From Candidatus Nomurabacteria bacterium (GTDB lineage: Bacteria; Patescibacteriota; Minisyncoccia; Phycocordibacterales; UBA9973), in the NCBI GenBank assembly GCA_003155695.1, contig PMDZ01000006.1, positions 20,007 through 84,006 of the forward strand: a stretch of 64,000 nt of DNA, read 5' to 3'. The notes below the pieces were generated by a model. It saw only the letters and a program-made list of their open reading frames with translations. It did not search any database and was not told the DNA's origin. Shown in pieces: positions 27,782 to 38,282 of this stretch. The translations under genes and the position numbers were made by a program. The number at the start of each line of letters is the position of its first letter. The first letter of the stretch is position 1.

Positions 27782-30700
27782 AATATTTTTCAAATATATA
27801 CTCCTCATTATTTTAATTGGCGGAGCTTTTGGGGTTTTTGCCTCGACTACCAACGGAACGATAGATGCGGGCAATCACACGGCGCTTCTTTGCATGAATG
27901 ATATTTGTTCCGTCACCACCAGAATAAATTTTTTGACGACCAACGGCAGAGCTGTACATGTCACAAATAGTGCGTTAACCGGTGAAATATGGTCGGAACA
28001 GGTAGGTTGGATAAATTTAAATCCGACAAATAGCGGGGTAGCCAATACAACGAGAGGTATTCTTTCCGGCGATGCTTGGGGAGAAAATGCTGGTTGGATA
28101 AATTTTGATCCCTATAATGGTGGAGTAGTCATAAATAATAGGGGTGAATTTGTCGGCTTTGCTTGGAGTCAAAATTACGGATGGATTAAATTTGATTGTA
28201 CTGTTGCGAATGCTTGTGTCAAAACTGATTGGCGCCCGAGTAATGATGGGGGTGGTGGAGGAGGGCCACCAGTGGTGGATATATGCCCAAATATTGCCGG
28301 GAATCAAACATTAATACCGGATGGTCTTGTTATCAATGCTCTTGGGCAATGTGTTTCCCCAGAACAATGTAATGTCCTAGATGGTGCACTTAAGCAACCA
28401 CTTGATGTCATGATTATAATTGACAAATCAGGCAGTATGGCTGGCACCAAACTGTCTCAAGCCAAAACCGCCGCTACAGCCTTCATCAATAATCTGGTTC
28501 TCGGTTCTGACCGGGTCGGATACGTCTCATATTCTACGACGGCAACACTCGAAAATGGGCTGACAACATCTTTTGATACAATTAAAGCAAAGATAGCAAG
28601 TACTGTATCAAATGGAAATACGAATATCGGAGGAGCGGCAAGAATTGCTTATCAAGAAATGTTGATCAATGGTCGGGCGGGAGTTAAGCATGTCATCATT
28701 ATTCTGACCGATGGACAAGCAAATGTCTCGGATGTTAGAACTCTGACCCCAAATCAATACGCGATCAATCAATCGGACCTGGCCAAACTCCGAGGCATGA
28801 TTGTTTATTCTATCGGACTGGGGACAGATGTAGATTCCGATCTTCTTTCTTCTATGGCAACCTTGCCAAGTTATTTTTATAATTCTCCGACTGGTAGCGA
28901 CCTTTCAAATATTTATCTGCAAATTGCCGCTATTGAATGTACCGCTGCCCCTTCAAAGGTTTTCGATACGGTTATTTATGATGCAAATAGAAATGGATTA
29001 TATGATACCAATGAAAGGGGATTAGCTGGATCTATTATCTCCTTAACAAGTAGTGATGGCAGTCAACAAACAAGAACGATGACAACGCTTGCCGACGGGA
29101 GTTTCCTTTTTGATGCTGTAACACCAGGGAACTATTCAGTCTGCAATACATCACCTTCGGGGATGTATCAAACCAAACCAGTTTCAAATGGATGTTTTGA
29201 TATAAGTGTTGTTCAAGGTATTAATGTCACAGATCTCAAATTTTTAGTTACTGGTAACCAACCATTTTGTTCGCTTAATCCAAATGACCCATCATGTGAT
29301 GTTTGCCCAAACATTTCAGGTATCCAAAGTACAATTCCGAATGGATTTACCATTAACTCAAGTGGTAATTGCGTTCCAACCCCAACATTCTGCGAACAAA
29401 ATCCCACCGACCCATCATGTAATCCAACATTCTGCGAAAACAATCCCAATGACCCATCATGTGATGTTTGCCCAAATATTTCAGGTACCCAAAGTACAAT
29501 TCCGGATGGATATACCTTGAACTCAAGTGGTAATTGTGTTCCGGCTCTAACATTTTGTGAACAAAATCCCACCGACCCATCTTGTATAACTCCAACGTTC
29601 TGTTCACTTCACCCGAGTGACTCAACATGTGTAGAGCCAAGTTTCTGTACACTTCATCCCACAGACCCATCTTGTATAACTCCAACATTCTGCACACTTC
29701 ACCCTAACGATCCGTCATGCACAACCCCATCATTTTGTGCTCTACATCCCACCGACCCATCTTGTATAACTCCGGCATATTGTGCTCTTCACCCGACTGA
29801 CCCATCATGTTCAACGCCGGAGATATTTTGTGCACTTCATCCGACCGACCCATCGTGCATTAATCCGACATTTTGTTCTCTCCATCCGACGAATATATTA
29901 TGTGTAATTAAAGATACAACATCCGGTATTTTAGAAACAATAAATGGAAATCTTAATAATACTATTACCGATGTAGCCAAAAATGTTGCCGAGGCAACTG
30001 AAATTATCTTTACAAATCCAGTCGGGAAAGTTGTCACTAAAATAGTTGAAACAACCGGAGCTGTCACTGGTGCAATCGGCATTGCCGGCTTAGTTTTCTC
30101 CGGACCAATTGCTCTGGCTGATGCTTTTCTAATTCCAATTCGGTTGTGGAGTCTTCTTCTTGCTCTGTTTGGAATCAAAAAAAGGAAAACTCCATGGGGT
30201 ACAGTTTATGACAGTGTCACAAAGCAGCCCCTTGACCCGGCATATGTCGTTTTACAGAATTTAGATGGCAAAGAAGTTGCGACTTCGATTACCGACCTTG
30301 ATGGTAGATATGGTTTTCTTGTTCCACCTGGAGCGTATAGAATTATCGCCAGAAAAACAAATTATGAATTCCCTTCAAAGAAATTACTTGATAGACAGAA
30401 AGATGAATTATATGATGATTTGTATTTCAATGAAATCATAGAGGTTAAAGAAGGGGGAATCATAACCCGTAATATCCCAATGGATCCGATTAAGTTTGAT
30501 TGGAATGAATTTGCCAAGCGCGATCGCAAATTAATGAAGTTCTACTCGAGACGCAGTCTTTGGGTTGCTCTTATTTCGGATATTCTGTTTTTCCTTGGTC
30601 TAATCATCTCTACAATTGCGACAATTATTACGCCAGTTACATACAATATCATCGTTCTCGTTGTTTATCTAGTTTTACTCATATTAAGAGGGACGATATT

Positions 30701-30968
30701 AAAACCTAGAATTTATGGTCTTGTAAATCAAAAAGAAAACAAAGATCCATTGTCTTTTGCTATCATGAGAATTTTCTTTGCCGGAAGTGACCATGAAATA
30801 GCACACAAAGTCACAGACCAAACAGGTAGGTATTATTGTCTTGTTCCAAACGGCAGGTACTATACAAAGATTGAGGTAAAAAACCCTGATGAAAGTTATA
30901 GTTTAGTTCATATATCAGATCCAATTGAAGTTAAAAAGGGGTATATAAACAAGAAATTTGAGGTGTAA
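27765..30968 (+). CDS. VWA-domain membrane surface protein with Cys-rich repeats and carboxypeptidase-regulatory-like domains
   Basis: Signal peptide; G.AW....GWI repeats; DKSGS MIDAS motif and ILTDG; 11 FC...P.DPSC repeats; TMs; ATG 27765 preferred. Confidence 0.85.
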   Translation: MTSVIKIFFKYILLIILIGGAFGVFASTTNGTIDAGNHTALLCMNDICSVTTRINFLTTNGRAVHVTNSALTGEIWSEQVGWINLNPTNSGVANTTRGILSGDAWGENAGWINFDPYNGGVVINNRGEFVGFAWSQNYGWIKFDCTVANACVKTDWRPSNDGGGGGGPPVVDICPNIAGNQTLIPDGLVINALGQCVSPEQCNVLDGALKQPLDVMIIIDKSGSMAGTKLSQAKTAATAFINNLVLGSDRVGYVSYSTTATLENGLTTSFDTIKAKIASTVSNGNTNIGGAARIAYQEMLINGRAGVKHVIIILTDGQANVSDVRTLTPNQYAINQSDLAKLRGMIVYSIGLGTDVDSDLLSSMATLPSYFYNSPTGSDLSNIYLQIAAIECTAAPSKVFDTVIYDANRNGLYDTNERGLAGSIISLTSSDGSQQTRTMTTLADGSFLFDAVTPGNYSVCNTSPSGMYQTKPVSNGCFDISVVQGINVTDLKFLVTGNQPFCSLNPNDPSCDVCPNISGIQSTIPNGFTINSSGNCVPTPTFCEQNPTDPSCNPTFCENNPNDPSCDVCPNISGTQSTIPDGYTLNSSGNCVPALTFCEQNPTDPSCITPTFCSLHPSDSTCVEPSFCTLHPTDPSCITPTFCTLHPNDPSCTTPSFCALHPTDPSCITPAYCALHPTDPSCSTPEIFCALHPTDPSCINPTFCSLHPTNILCVIKDTTSGILETINGNLNNTITDVAKNVAEATEIIFTNPVGKVVTKIVETTGAVTGAIGIAGLVFSGPIALADAFLIPIRLWSLLLALFGIKKRKTPWGTVYDSVTKQPLDPAYVVLQNLDGKEVATSITDLDGRYGFLVPPGAYRIIARKTNYEFPSKKLLDRQKDELYDDLYFNEIIEVKEGGIITRNIPMDPIKFDWNEFAKRDRKLMKFYSRRSLWVALISDILFFLGLIISTIATIITPVTYNIIVLVVYLVLLILRGTILKPRIYGLVNQKENKDPLSFAIMRIFFAGSDHEIAHKVTDQTGRYYCLVPNGRYYTKIEVKNPDESYSLVHISDPIEVKKGYINKKFEV

Positions 30969-30975
30969 ATGGGGG

Positions 30976-31004
30976 TTGCATTTTTACATATATTATAGTA
31001 AAGT
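30976..31004 (+). promoter_or_regulatory. Putative sigma70 promoter of rpsL
   Basis: TTGCAT-N17-TAAAGT. Confidence 0.5.
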
Positions 31005-31051
31005 ATTCTAACTAGTCAGATATGGCTATTTTTGTTTAAATTTTAAAAAGG

Positions 31052-31474
31052 ATGCCTACAATTAATCAATTGGTTCGAAAGAGCCGCAAAACAACCAAAA
31101 GAAAATCTAAAGCCGTAGCTCTTGCTCGCGGGTTTAATTCGATTAAGAACAAGCCGGTTTACTACCCGGCGCCGTTTAAGCGTGGAGTTTGTACGAAAGT
31201 TTCAACCACAACGCCAAAGAAGCCGAACTCAGCCCTCCGAAAAATTGCTCGTGTCAGACTGACAAACGGAATGGAAGTTACCGCCTATATTCCCGGAGAA
31301 GGGCACAACTTGCAGGAGCACTCAGTCGTTATGATTCGTGGCGGACGTGTCAAAGACCTTATTGGAGTTCGTTATCATATCGTCCGCGGACGTCTTGATA
31401 CGAGTGGTGTTGAAAAACGTCGCCAATCGAGAAGTCAGTATGGAACGAAAACACCTAAAGCTATAAAGAAATAA
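31052..31474 (+). CDS. rpsL: 30S ribosomal protein S12
   Basis: [31 protein letters not shown]. Confidence 0.98.
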   Translation: MPTINQLVRKSRKTTKRKSKAVALARGFNSIKNKPVYYPAPFKRGVCTKVSTTTPKKPNSALRKIARVRLTNGMEVTAYIPGEGHNLQEHSVVMIRGGRVKDLIGVRYHIVRGRLDTSGVEKRRQSRSQYGTKTPKAIKK

Positions 31475-31511
31475 TTAAGAATTAAGAATTAAGAATTAAA
31501 AATTACAAAAA

Positions 31512-31982
31512 ATGAGAAGAAGAATAAAAAATAAAAATATAGTAGAACCGGACATTGTCTATAATTCTCAAAAACTTGGGAAGTTTATTAACAATATAAT
31601 GCTAAACGGCAAAAAGGAAACGGCTCGAAAGTCCGTTTATAAAGCTTTTGATATCATTAAAGAAAAAACCGGCAATCCAAACCCTTTAGAAATATTTGAT
31701 ACAGCAATCAAGAATGCTGGTCCAATGGTGGAAGTTCGCTCACGCCGTATTGGCGGAGCCAACTACCAAGTTCCACGAGAAGTCCGACCGGAAAGACGCA
31801 CAGCTCTTGCCATGAGGTGGATTATTTTGGCGGCTCGAGGAAAGAAAGGAGCCCCAATCCATGAAAAGCTAGCTGAAGAATTGATTCTGGCCTCAAAAAA
31901 CGAAGGAGCAGCTGTCAAAAAGCGTGAAGATACCCACAAAATGGCGGAATCAAACAAAGCCTTCGCTCACTTCGCTTGGTAA
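31512..31982 (+). CDS. rpsG: 30S ribosomal protein S7
   Basis: SRRIGGANYQVP, HKMAESNKAFAHF. Confidence 0.98.
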   Translation: MRRRIKNKNIVEPDIVYNSQKLGKFINNIMLNGKKETARKSVYKAFDIIKEKTGNPNPLEIFDTAIKNAGPMVEVRSRRIGGANYQVPREVRPERRTALAMRWIILAARGKKGAPIHEKLAEELILASKNEGAAVKKREDTHKMAESNKAFAHFAW

Positions 31983-31994
31983 AAATTATATTAT

Positions 31995-34136
31995 ATGGAA
32001 AGAGATTATCCTTTAGAAAAAGTTAGAAATTTTGGAATTATAGCCCACATTGACGCCGGGAAAACCACGACGAGTGAACGTGTGCTCTTTTATACTGGAA
32101 TGTCGCACAAAATAGGGGAGGTTCACGACGGCGATACGACCACCGACTGGATGGAGCAAGAACGGGAACGGGGAATTACGATTACCAGTGCGGCGGTTAC
32201 CTGTTTCTGGACTCCGACTTATGCTGGGACCGACAAAACAAAAAAACATCGTTTTAATATTATCGATACCCCCGGGCACATTGACTTTACGGTTGAGGTT
32301 AAGCGTTCACTTCGTGTGCTTGATGGCGCAGTAGTAGTCTTTGATGGAGTTGCCGGAGTTGAACCGCAATCCGAAACTAACTGGCGCTATGCCGACGAAG
32401 CTATGGTTCCGCGAATTTGTTTTATAAACAAGCTTGATCGTATTGGCGCCTCGTTTGAGCATTCATATGCCACAATACTCGACCGTTTAAATAAAAATGC
32501 CGTTCGGATGCAAATCCCAATCGGGCTTGAAGAGAAGCACGAAGGAGTTGTTGATCTTCTCACAATGAAAGCCTATTACTTTGAAGGAGAAATGGGAAAT
32601 AAGGTTATTGAAAAAGAGATACCGGAGAATCTTGTCAACGATGCTAAAAAATATCGCGAAGAATTAATTGAAAAAATTGTTGAGCAAGATGATAAAGTCA
32701 TGACTGAATATTTGGAAGGAAAAATTCCGGATATTGAAATTCTAAAATCAATTTTGCGAAAAGCGGTAATTGCCAATAAGGTTTTCCCGGTTTTTGCCGG
32801 TAGTGCCCTTAAAAATAAAGGAGTTCAATTGGTTCTTGATGCTGTCGTTGATTACTTGCCCAGCCCGATAGATATCCCATCTATTGAAGGAATTAATCCG
32901 GATACCGAAGAAAAAGAGGTTCGTCACGCTTCCGATTCCGAACCGTTTTCGGCTCTGGCTTTTAAAGTTGCGACTGATCCGTTCGTTGGCCAGATTATTT
33001 ATTTTCGTGTTTACTCCGGAAGTTTATCTTCGGGAAGTTATATTTACAATCCTCGAACACGCAACAAAGAACGTATCGGAAGAATTTTGCGTATGCACGC
33101 CAATGACCGTGAAGAAATGAAAAAAGTTTTTGCCGGAGAAATTGCCGCAGCTGTCGGATTGAAAGATACGATTACTTCCGATACTCTTTGTGATGAAGAC
33201 CACCCAATAGAACTTTATCGTATCATTTTCCCTGAGCCGGTTATTCAATTGCGAGTTGAGCCGAAGACAAAAGCCGACCAAGAAAAGATGGGTATGGCAC
33301 TCAACAGATTGGCTCAAGAAGACCCGACGTTTAGGGTTTCAACCGATATGGAAACAAACGAAACAATCATTGCCGGAATGGGGGAACTTCACCTTGAAAT
33401 TATTGTTGACCGTATGAAAAGGGAATTTTCAGTGGAAACAAATGTCGGCAAACCTCAAGTGGCATACAGGGAAACAATTACCGGGAAAGCAGAAGTTGAA
33501 GGAAAATACATCAAACAGTCCGGTGGACGTGGTAACTATGGTCACGTCAAAATTAAAGTTAAGCCGATGGATATGACCGTCGACCCTGACGACTTGCCGA
33601 AGAATACAAAGAGAGAGAAAGGATTTGAATTTATCAATACTATTAAAGGTGGAGCTATTCCACAGGAATATATTCCGGCTTGTGAAAAAGGATTTAAGGA
33701 AGGCCTTGACCGAGGAGTCCTGGCCGGATTCAAACTTGTAAATGTTTCGGTTGAACTTTGGGATGGAACATATCACGATGTGGACTCTAATGAAATGGCT
33801 TTCAAGATTGCCGCTTCTATGGCTGTGCAAGATGCTTGTCGAATAGCTCGCCCGGTAATTCTTGAACCAATGATGAAAGTTGAAGTTGTGACGCCGGAGA
33901 AATTTATGGGTGATGTCACCGGGAGTCTTTCGTCAAAGCGTGGACTTATCGAAGGTATGGAACCTCGTGGACTCAATCAAGCCGTTCGAGCTGTCGTTCC
34001 GCTTTCGGAAATGTTCGGCTACATGACGACCCTCCGCTCGATGACCGAAGGCCGCGCCGGATTCACCATGGAATTCTTGCGTTACGATATCGTGCCTAAT
34101 AGTGTAGCGACATCAATTATAGAAAACAGAAAGTAA
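31995..34136 (+). CDS. fusA: Elongation factor G
   Basis: [32 protein letters not shown]. Confidence 0.98.
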   Translation: MERDYPLEKVRNFGIIAHIDAGKTTTSERVLFYTGMSHKIGEVHDGDTTTDWMEQERERGITITSAAVTCFWTPTYAGTDKTKKHRFNIIDTPGHIDFTVEVKRSLRVLDGAVVVFDGVAGVEPQSETNWRYADEAMVPRICFINKLDRIGASFEHSYATILDRLNKNAVRMQIPIGLEEKHEGVVDLLTMKAYYFEGEMGNKVIEKEIPENLVNDAKKYREELIEKIVEQDDKVMTEYLEGKIPDIEILKSILRKAVIANKVFPVFAGSALKNKGVQLVLDAVVDYLPSPIDIPSIEGINPDTEEKEVRHASDSEPFSALAFKVATDPFVGQIIYFRVYSGSLSSGSYIYNPRTRNKERIGRILRMHANDREEMKKVFAGEIAAAVGLKDTITSDTLCDEDHPIELYRIIFPEPVIQLRVEPKTKADQEKMGMALNRLAQEDPTFRVSTDMETNETIIAGMGELHLEIIVDRMKREFSVETNVGKPQVAYRETITGKAEVEGKYIKQSGGRGNYGHVKIKVKPMDMTVDPDDLPKNTKREKGFEFINTIKGGAIPQEYIPACEKGFKEGLDRGVLAGFKLVNVSVELWDGTYHDVDSNEMAFKIAASMAVQDACRIARPVILEPMMKVEVVTPEKFMGDVTGSLSSKRGLIEGMEPRGLNQAVRAVVPLSEMFGYMTTLRSMTEGRAGFTMEFLRYDIVPNSVATSIIENRK

Positions 34137-34152
34137 AAAAGCTGAAATGATT

Positions 34153-34193
34153 AAAAAAAGGAGGTGTTGGCGAAAGCAAACACCTCCTTTTTT
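34153..34193 (+). terminator. Intrinsic terminator after fusA
   Basis: AAAAGGAGGTGTT...AACACCTCCTTTTTT hairpin with U-tract. Confidence 0.85.
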
Positions 34194-34248
34194 ATATTGT
34201 AATTTGTGCTATAATATGCCCATATTAGTTAATAATTTTCGTAAAATC

Positions 34249-34758
34249 ATGCAAAATCAAAAGGAAAATATAGGTGTTATTGTTTCTTTTATTATCGTTG
34301 TCTGTGTCATCGGGCTTGTTGTCTACCTTTTATTGAACCAAAAAGAGAAAGCAAATCCATTGGAAGGGATAAAAAGTGTAGGGACCGAACAAACGGCACC
34401 AACAACCAACGATACGACAACACAAGCGCCAATTAATAATAATCAACAAAAAAATACTATGGAAAAAATAGCAAAAGCAGGTGACACTTTAGTTATGAAT
34501 TACACTGGACGTTTAACCAACGGAACTGTTTTCGATTCTAATGTTCTACCGAAATTTGGGCATGTTGAACCTTTTAAATTTACTCTTGGAGCCGGCCAAG
34601 TTATCAAGGGCTGGGATGAAGGTCTAGTTGGGATGAAGGTTGGTGAAAAGAAAACTTTGACAATTCCGCCAGAGAAGGGATATGGAGCGCAAGCAGTCGG
34701 TTCAATTCCGGCAAATTCAACTCTTATTTTTGATGTTGAATTGGTTGGCATAGAATAA
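34249..34758 (+). CDS. Membrane-anchored FKBP-type peptidyl-prolyl isomerase
   Basis: YTGRLTNGTVFDS, GQVIKGWDEGL, IPANSTLIFDVEL; N-terminal TM. Confidence 0.9.
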   Translation: MQNQKENIGVIVSFIIVVCVIGLVVYLLLNQKEKANPLEGIKSVGTEQTAPTTNDTTTQAPINNNQQKNTMEKIAKAGDTLVMNYTGRLTNGTVFDSNVLPKFGHVEPFKFTLGAGQVIKGWDEGLVGMKVGEKKTLTIPPEKGYGAQAVGSIPANSTLIFDVELVGIE

Positions 34759-34769
34759 ACCAAAATATT

Positions 34770-36269
34770 ATGGCAAAAGTTAAAAATTTTTTTAAAGATA
34801 AAATTCTGAAAAAGAAGGGGGTTTGGATACCACTCTTGATTATTTTGGTAATTGGTCTTTTTATTTTATTAAAGCCAAACAATAATGCAAAAAATACCGT
34901 TACCGATATTGCAAAGTATACAGACTTAAAAGAAACAGTTCTTGCTACTGGCCAAGTTGTCTCAAATACGGATTTGAATTTGTCTTTCAATTCAGGTGGA
35001 ACTGTCAAAACCATAAAAGTAAAAGTTGGGGATACTGTCAAACAAGGACAAGAACTTGCGACTCTCGACCAAGCATCGGTTCTGGCTACTCTGACATCGG
35101 CTCGTGGGGCACTTGCGGCGGCAAATGCCGGATATAAGAAAATTTTGGAAGGTGCTTCGAATGAACAAATTGCTCTATCTCAAGTCACTCTTGACCAAAC
35201 TAAACTGACCCAAGGGACACTTGTTAACAACGCCTATAAAAATCTTTTGAATTCTACTCCGGAAGCAGTGCCCAAAGATGGAACAAGTGACAATGCCGCA
35301 CCGACAATTAGTGGAACTTATAATTTAGGGAAAGAAGGGGAAATATATTTAAGTATTTATAATAGTTCCGGTGGTGAAAGTTTTAGTGTGACTGGACTTG
35401 CGGAAGGAACAGGGCTGGTTGATGCAATTACTCCCCAGCCAATAGGTGATTCAGGCTTATATATTAAATTTCCTTCGGAGACAAATATAGACGTTAGTGA
35501 TTGGGTTATAGAAATTCCCAATAAAAAAGCTGCCGATTATTTAATCAATTATAATGCATACCAGACTGCACTTGCCCAAGCGAAATCGGCTATAGACCAA
35601 AGTGCTGCCGAACTTGCTTTAACAAAATCTACCGCTCGTCAATCGGACATTGATTTAGCGGAAGCTAATATTATTTCGGCCGAAGGGCAAGTGGAACAGG
35701 CCACGGCTGTGTACAATAATACTGTAATTACAGCACCACTTGACGGGACAATCACAAGCATTGATATCAAACAGGGAGAACTAGCTTCGGCCTTGAGCCC
35801 GGCTATGACTCTTCAAGATGTTTCGAATATTTACCTTGAAGCCAATATAAATGAAGCAAATATTGCGAGCCTTGGTTTGGGTATGCCTGTTGATATCACT
35901 TATGACGCTTTTGGCTCGGATACACATTTTAAGGGTAATATTACAAAGATAGACCCATCCTCTACCATAATTTCCGGAGTCGTGAATTACAAAGTTACAG
36001 CCAGTGTAGAGCAAACAGAAAATCTTCGCCCAGGGATGACAGCCAATATGACGATTCTTGTCAAAGAGAAAAATCATATTTTAGTTGTTCCGTCTCGCGC
36101 AATTTTAACCGATACTTCAGGTAATAAAACTATTCGCATAGTTACAGATACAAAAACAAAAAAATTTAAAGAAGTAAAAATTACTACCGGCCTCGAAGGT
36201 GATGGCGGTATGGTTGAAGTTACTTCGGGGTTAAATGAAAATAACGAATTTGTCATTTTAATAAAATAA
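34770..36269 (+). CDS. Efflux periplasmic adaptor subunit (MacA/HlyD-like)
   Basis: N-terminal TM; VKVGDTVKQGQ.LA.LD, ITAPLDG, LRPGMTA. Confidence 0.88.
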   Translation: MAKVKNFFKDKILKKKGVWIPLLIILVIGLFILLKPNNNAKNTVTDIAKYTDLKETVLATGQVVSNTDLNLSFNSGGTVKTIKVKVGDTVKQGQELATLDQASVLATLTSARGALAAANAGYKKILEGASNEQIALSQVTLDQTKLTQGTLVNNAYKNLLNSTPEAVPKDGTSDNAAPTISGTYNLGKEGEIYLSIYNSSGGESFSVTGLAEGTGLVDAITPQPIGDSGLYIKFPSETNIDVSDWVIEIPNKKAADYLINYNAYQTALAQAKSAIDQSAAELALTKSTARQSDIDLAEANIISAEGQVEQATAVYNNTVITAPLDGTITSIDIKQGELASALSPAMTLQDVSNIYLEANINEANIASLGLGMPVDITYDAFGSDTHFKGNITKIDPSSTIISGVVNYKVTASVEQTENLRPGMTANMTILVKEKNHILVVPSRAILTDTSGNKTIRIVTDTKTKKFKEVKITTGLEGDGGMVEVTSGLNENNEFVILIK

Positions 36270-36278
36270 AATATAAAA

Positions 36279-36992
36279 ATGTTAATAGAACTTAAAAACA
36301 TTATTAAGAATTATGATAATGGGGGAGTGATAACTCGTGTTTTGCAAAATATTAATTTGGAAGTTGATAAAGGAGAGTTTATCGCTATTATGGGACCATC
36401 CGGTTCCGGTAAATCAACCCTGATGCATACGATTGGATTTTTGGATAGACCAACTTCCGGAGATTATTTTTTTGACGGAGAAAATACAAAAGATTTTACC
36501 GATGATGAACTGGCTAAAATTCGTAACGAACAAGTTGGCTTCGTTTTTCAATCTTTTAATTTATTACCACGGACAACGGTTTTTGATAATGTCATGTTAC
36601 CACTTCTTTATAGTGAAAATAAAGAAGGGCATGACCGTCGAGTGAAAGACGCGCTGGAGTCGGTAGATTTGGGAGAGAGAATGTCTTTCATGAGCAATCA
36701 AATTTCCGGTGGGCAGAAACAGCGTGTAGCCATTGCTCGAGCTCTTGTCTGTGACCCGAAAGTTATTTTTGCCGATGAACCGACAGGAAATCTTGATTCA
36801 AAAAGTGGTGGAACGGTTATGCACATACTTGATGAACTAAACAAAGAGGGGCGGACTATAATTCTTGTTACTCACGATATAAATGTCGCTCGTCATGCCA
36901 AGCGCATTGTAGCTATTCGCGACGGGGAAATCGTCAAAGATGAAAAGGTGGCGGAAAGTGAAAGAATGCACTCAAAACGAAGTGAGGATTAA
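36279..36992 (+). CDS. ABC transporter ATP-binding protein (MacB/LolD-like)
   Basis: [32 protein letters not shown]. Confidence 0.93.
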   Translation: MLIELKNIIKNYDNGGVITRVLQNINLEVDKGEFIAIMGPSGSGKSTLMHTIGFLDRPTSGDYFFDGENTKDFTDDELAKIRNEQVGFVFQSFNLLPRTTVFDNVMLPLLYSENKEGHDRRVKDALESVDLGERMSFMSNQISGGQKQRVAIARALVCDPKVIFADEPTGNLDSKSGGTVMHILDELNKEGRTIILVTHDINVARHAKRIVAIRDGEIVKDEKVAESERMHSKRSED

Positions 36993-36995
36993 TTT

Positions 36996-38282
36996 ATGCG
37001 GAATTTTTTATCCGAAATTAAAACGACTATTAAAAACTTGCTCTCTCGAAAAGGCAGGTCCTTTTTGACAATTCTAGGTATTATTATTGGTGTCGCTGGA
37101 GTTATTATCATTATTTCTCTTGGAGCAGGAGCTCAATCTTTGGTTCTTGGACAAATCACAAAATTGGGGACAAATATGATTGGAATTCTTCCGGGCAAAA
37201 GCAACGAGAATGGTCCACCGGCGGCTGTTTTTGGCGTTCAAATAAAGACTTTATCTGACCGTGATGTTGAGGCCATAAAAGATAAAAGTAAAGTTCCTTA
37301 TGCTATCGCAGTTGCTTCTTTTGTCAGTAGTAATATTACGATTACCTCGGGACGCGAAAGTGTCGACACAACTTTTACGGCTACAGACGGAGATTATACG
37401 AAAGTTCAAAATGTTGAAATGGAAAAAGGTGATTTTTTCACCGAGGAACAAAGCGATGCCGGGAGTAACGTTATCGTCTTGGGTTATGACGTGGCTACCG
37501 GTTTATTCCCAAACGGCAACGAGCTTGGCCAAGTAGTCAAAATTCAAATACCGAATAATAATCCGACATCACTCACGTCGGATGTTGGAAGTATTCCATT
37601 TCGAGTTATTGGAATCCAGAAAAAAATGGGAACAGTTGGATTCCAAAATCAAGACGACCAAGTCTTTATTCCTTTTTCTATCGGACAACGTCAACTGCTT
37701 GGCATTGATTATATTCAATTCATTCGGATAAAAGTTGACGATGCCGTAAATGTCAAAATAACCATCGATGATATTACTCGTGTTCTTCGAGAACAACATC
37801 ACATTACAAACCCGATTGATGACGATTTTTCTGTTCGAGATTTAGCTGATGCCATAAAAGTTCTGACAAATATTACCGGAACATTAAGTATCTTTCTCAG
37901 TTTAATGGCCGGCATTTCGCTTATCGTTGGAGGTATTGGAATTATGAATATCATGCTGGTGACTGTCTCCGAGCGAACTCGCGAGATTGGACTTAGGAAA
38001 GCAATCGGCGCAACTAGAAAAAATATTCGCAACCAGTTTCTTCTTGAATCGATTGTTCTTACTTTCTCTGGCGGAATCATCGGTATTATTGTCGGCATTT
38101 TAATTTCTTACCTTATCGCCCTCGGTGCCCGCTTTGCCGGCTATGATTGGGCTTTTGTTATTTCACCAATGGCCGTTATTCTGGCTGTTGCTGTTTCTAT
38201 TCTTACTGGAGTAGTTTTTGGCCTTTACCCGGCGATAAAGGCCGCCAAATTAGACCCGATTGTGGCACTACGTTATGAATAA
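36996..38282 (+). CDS. ABC transporter permease, MacB/FtsX family
   Basis: RSFLTILGIIIG, GGIGIMNIM..ERTREIGLRKAIGA. Confidence 0.92.
   Translation: MRNFLSEIKTTIKNLLSRKGRSFLTILGIIIGVAGVIIIISLGAGAQSLVLGQITKLGTNMIGILPGKSNENGPPAAVFGVQIKTLSDRDVEAIKDKSKVPYAIAVASFVSSNITITSGRESVDTTFTATDGDYTKVQNVEMEKGDFFTEEQSDAGSNVIVLGYDVATGLFPNGNELGQVVKIQIPNNNPTSLTSDVGSIPFRVIGIQKKMGTVGFQNQDDQVFIPFSIGQRQLLGIDYIQFIRIKVDDAVNVKITIDDITRVLREQHHITNPIDDDFSVRDLADAIKVLTNITGTLSIFLSLMAGISLIVGGIGIMNIMLVTVSERTREIGLRKAIGATRKNIRNQFLLESIVLTFSGGIIGIIVGILISYLIALGARFAGYDWAFVISPMAVILAVAVSILTGVVFGLYPAIKAAKLDPIVALRYE

Noticed and set aside
27235-27874. Several overlapping antisense and alternate-frame ORFs
   Set aside because: Shadows of the low-complexity Thr/Asn/Gly tail. 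The same applies to the many short antisense ORFs inside pilB, fusA, recA and others.
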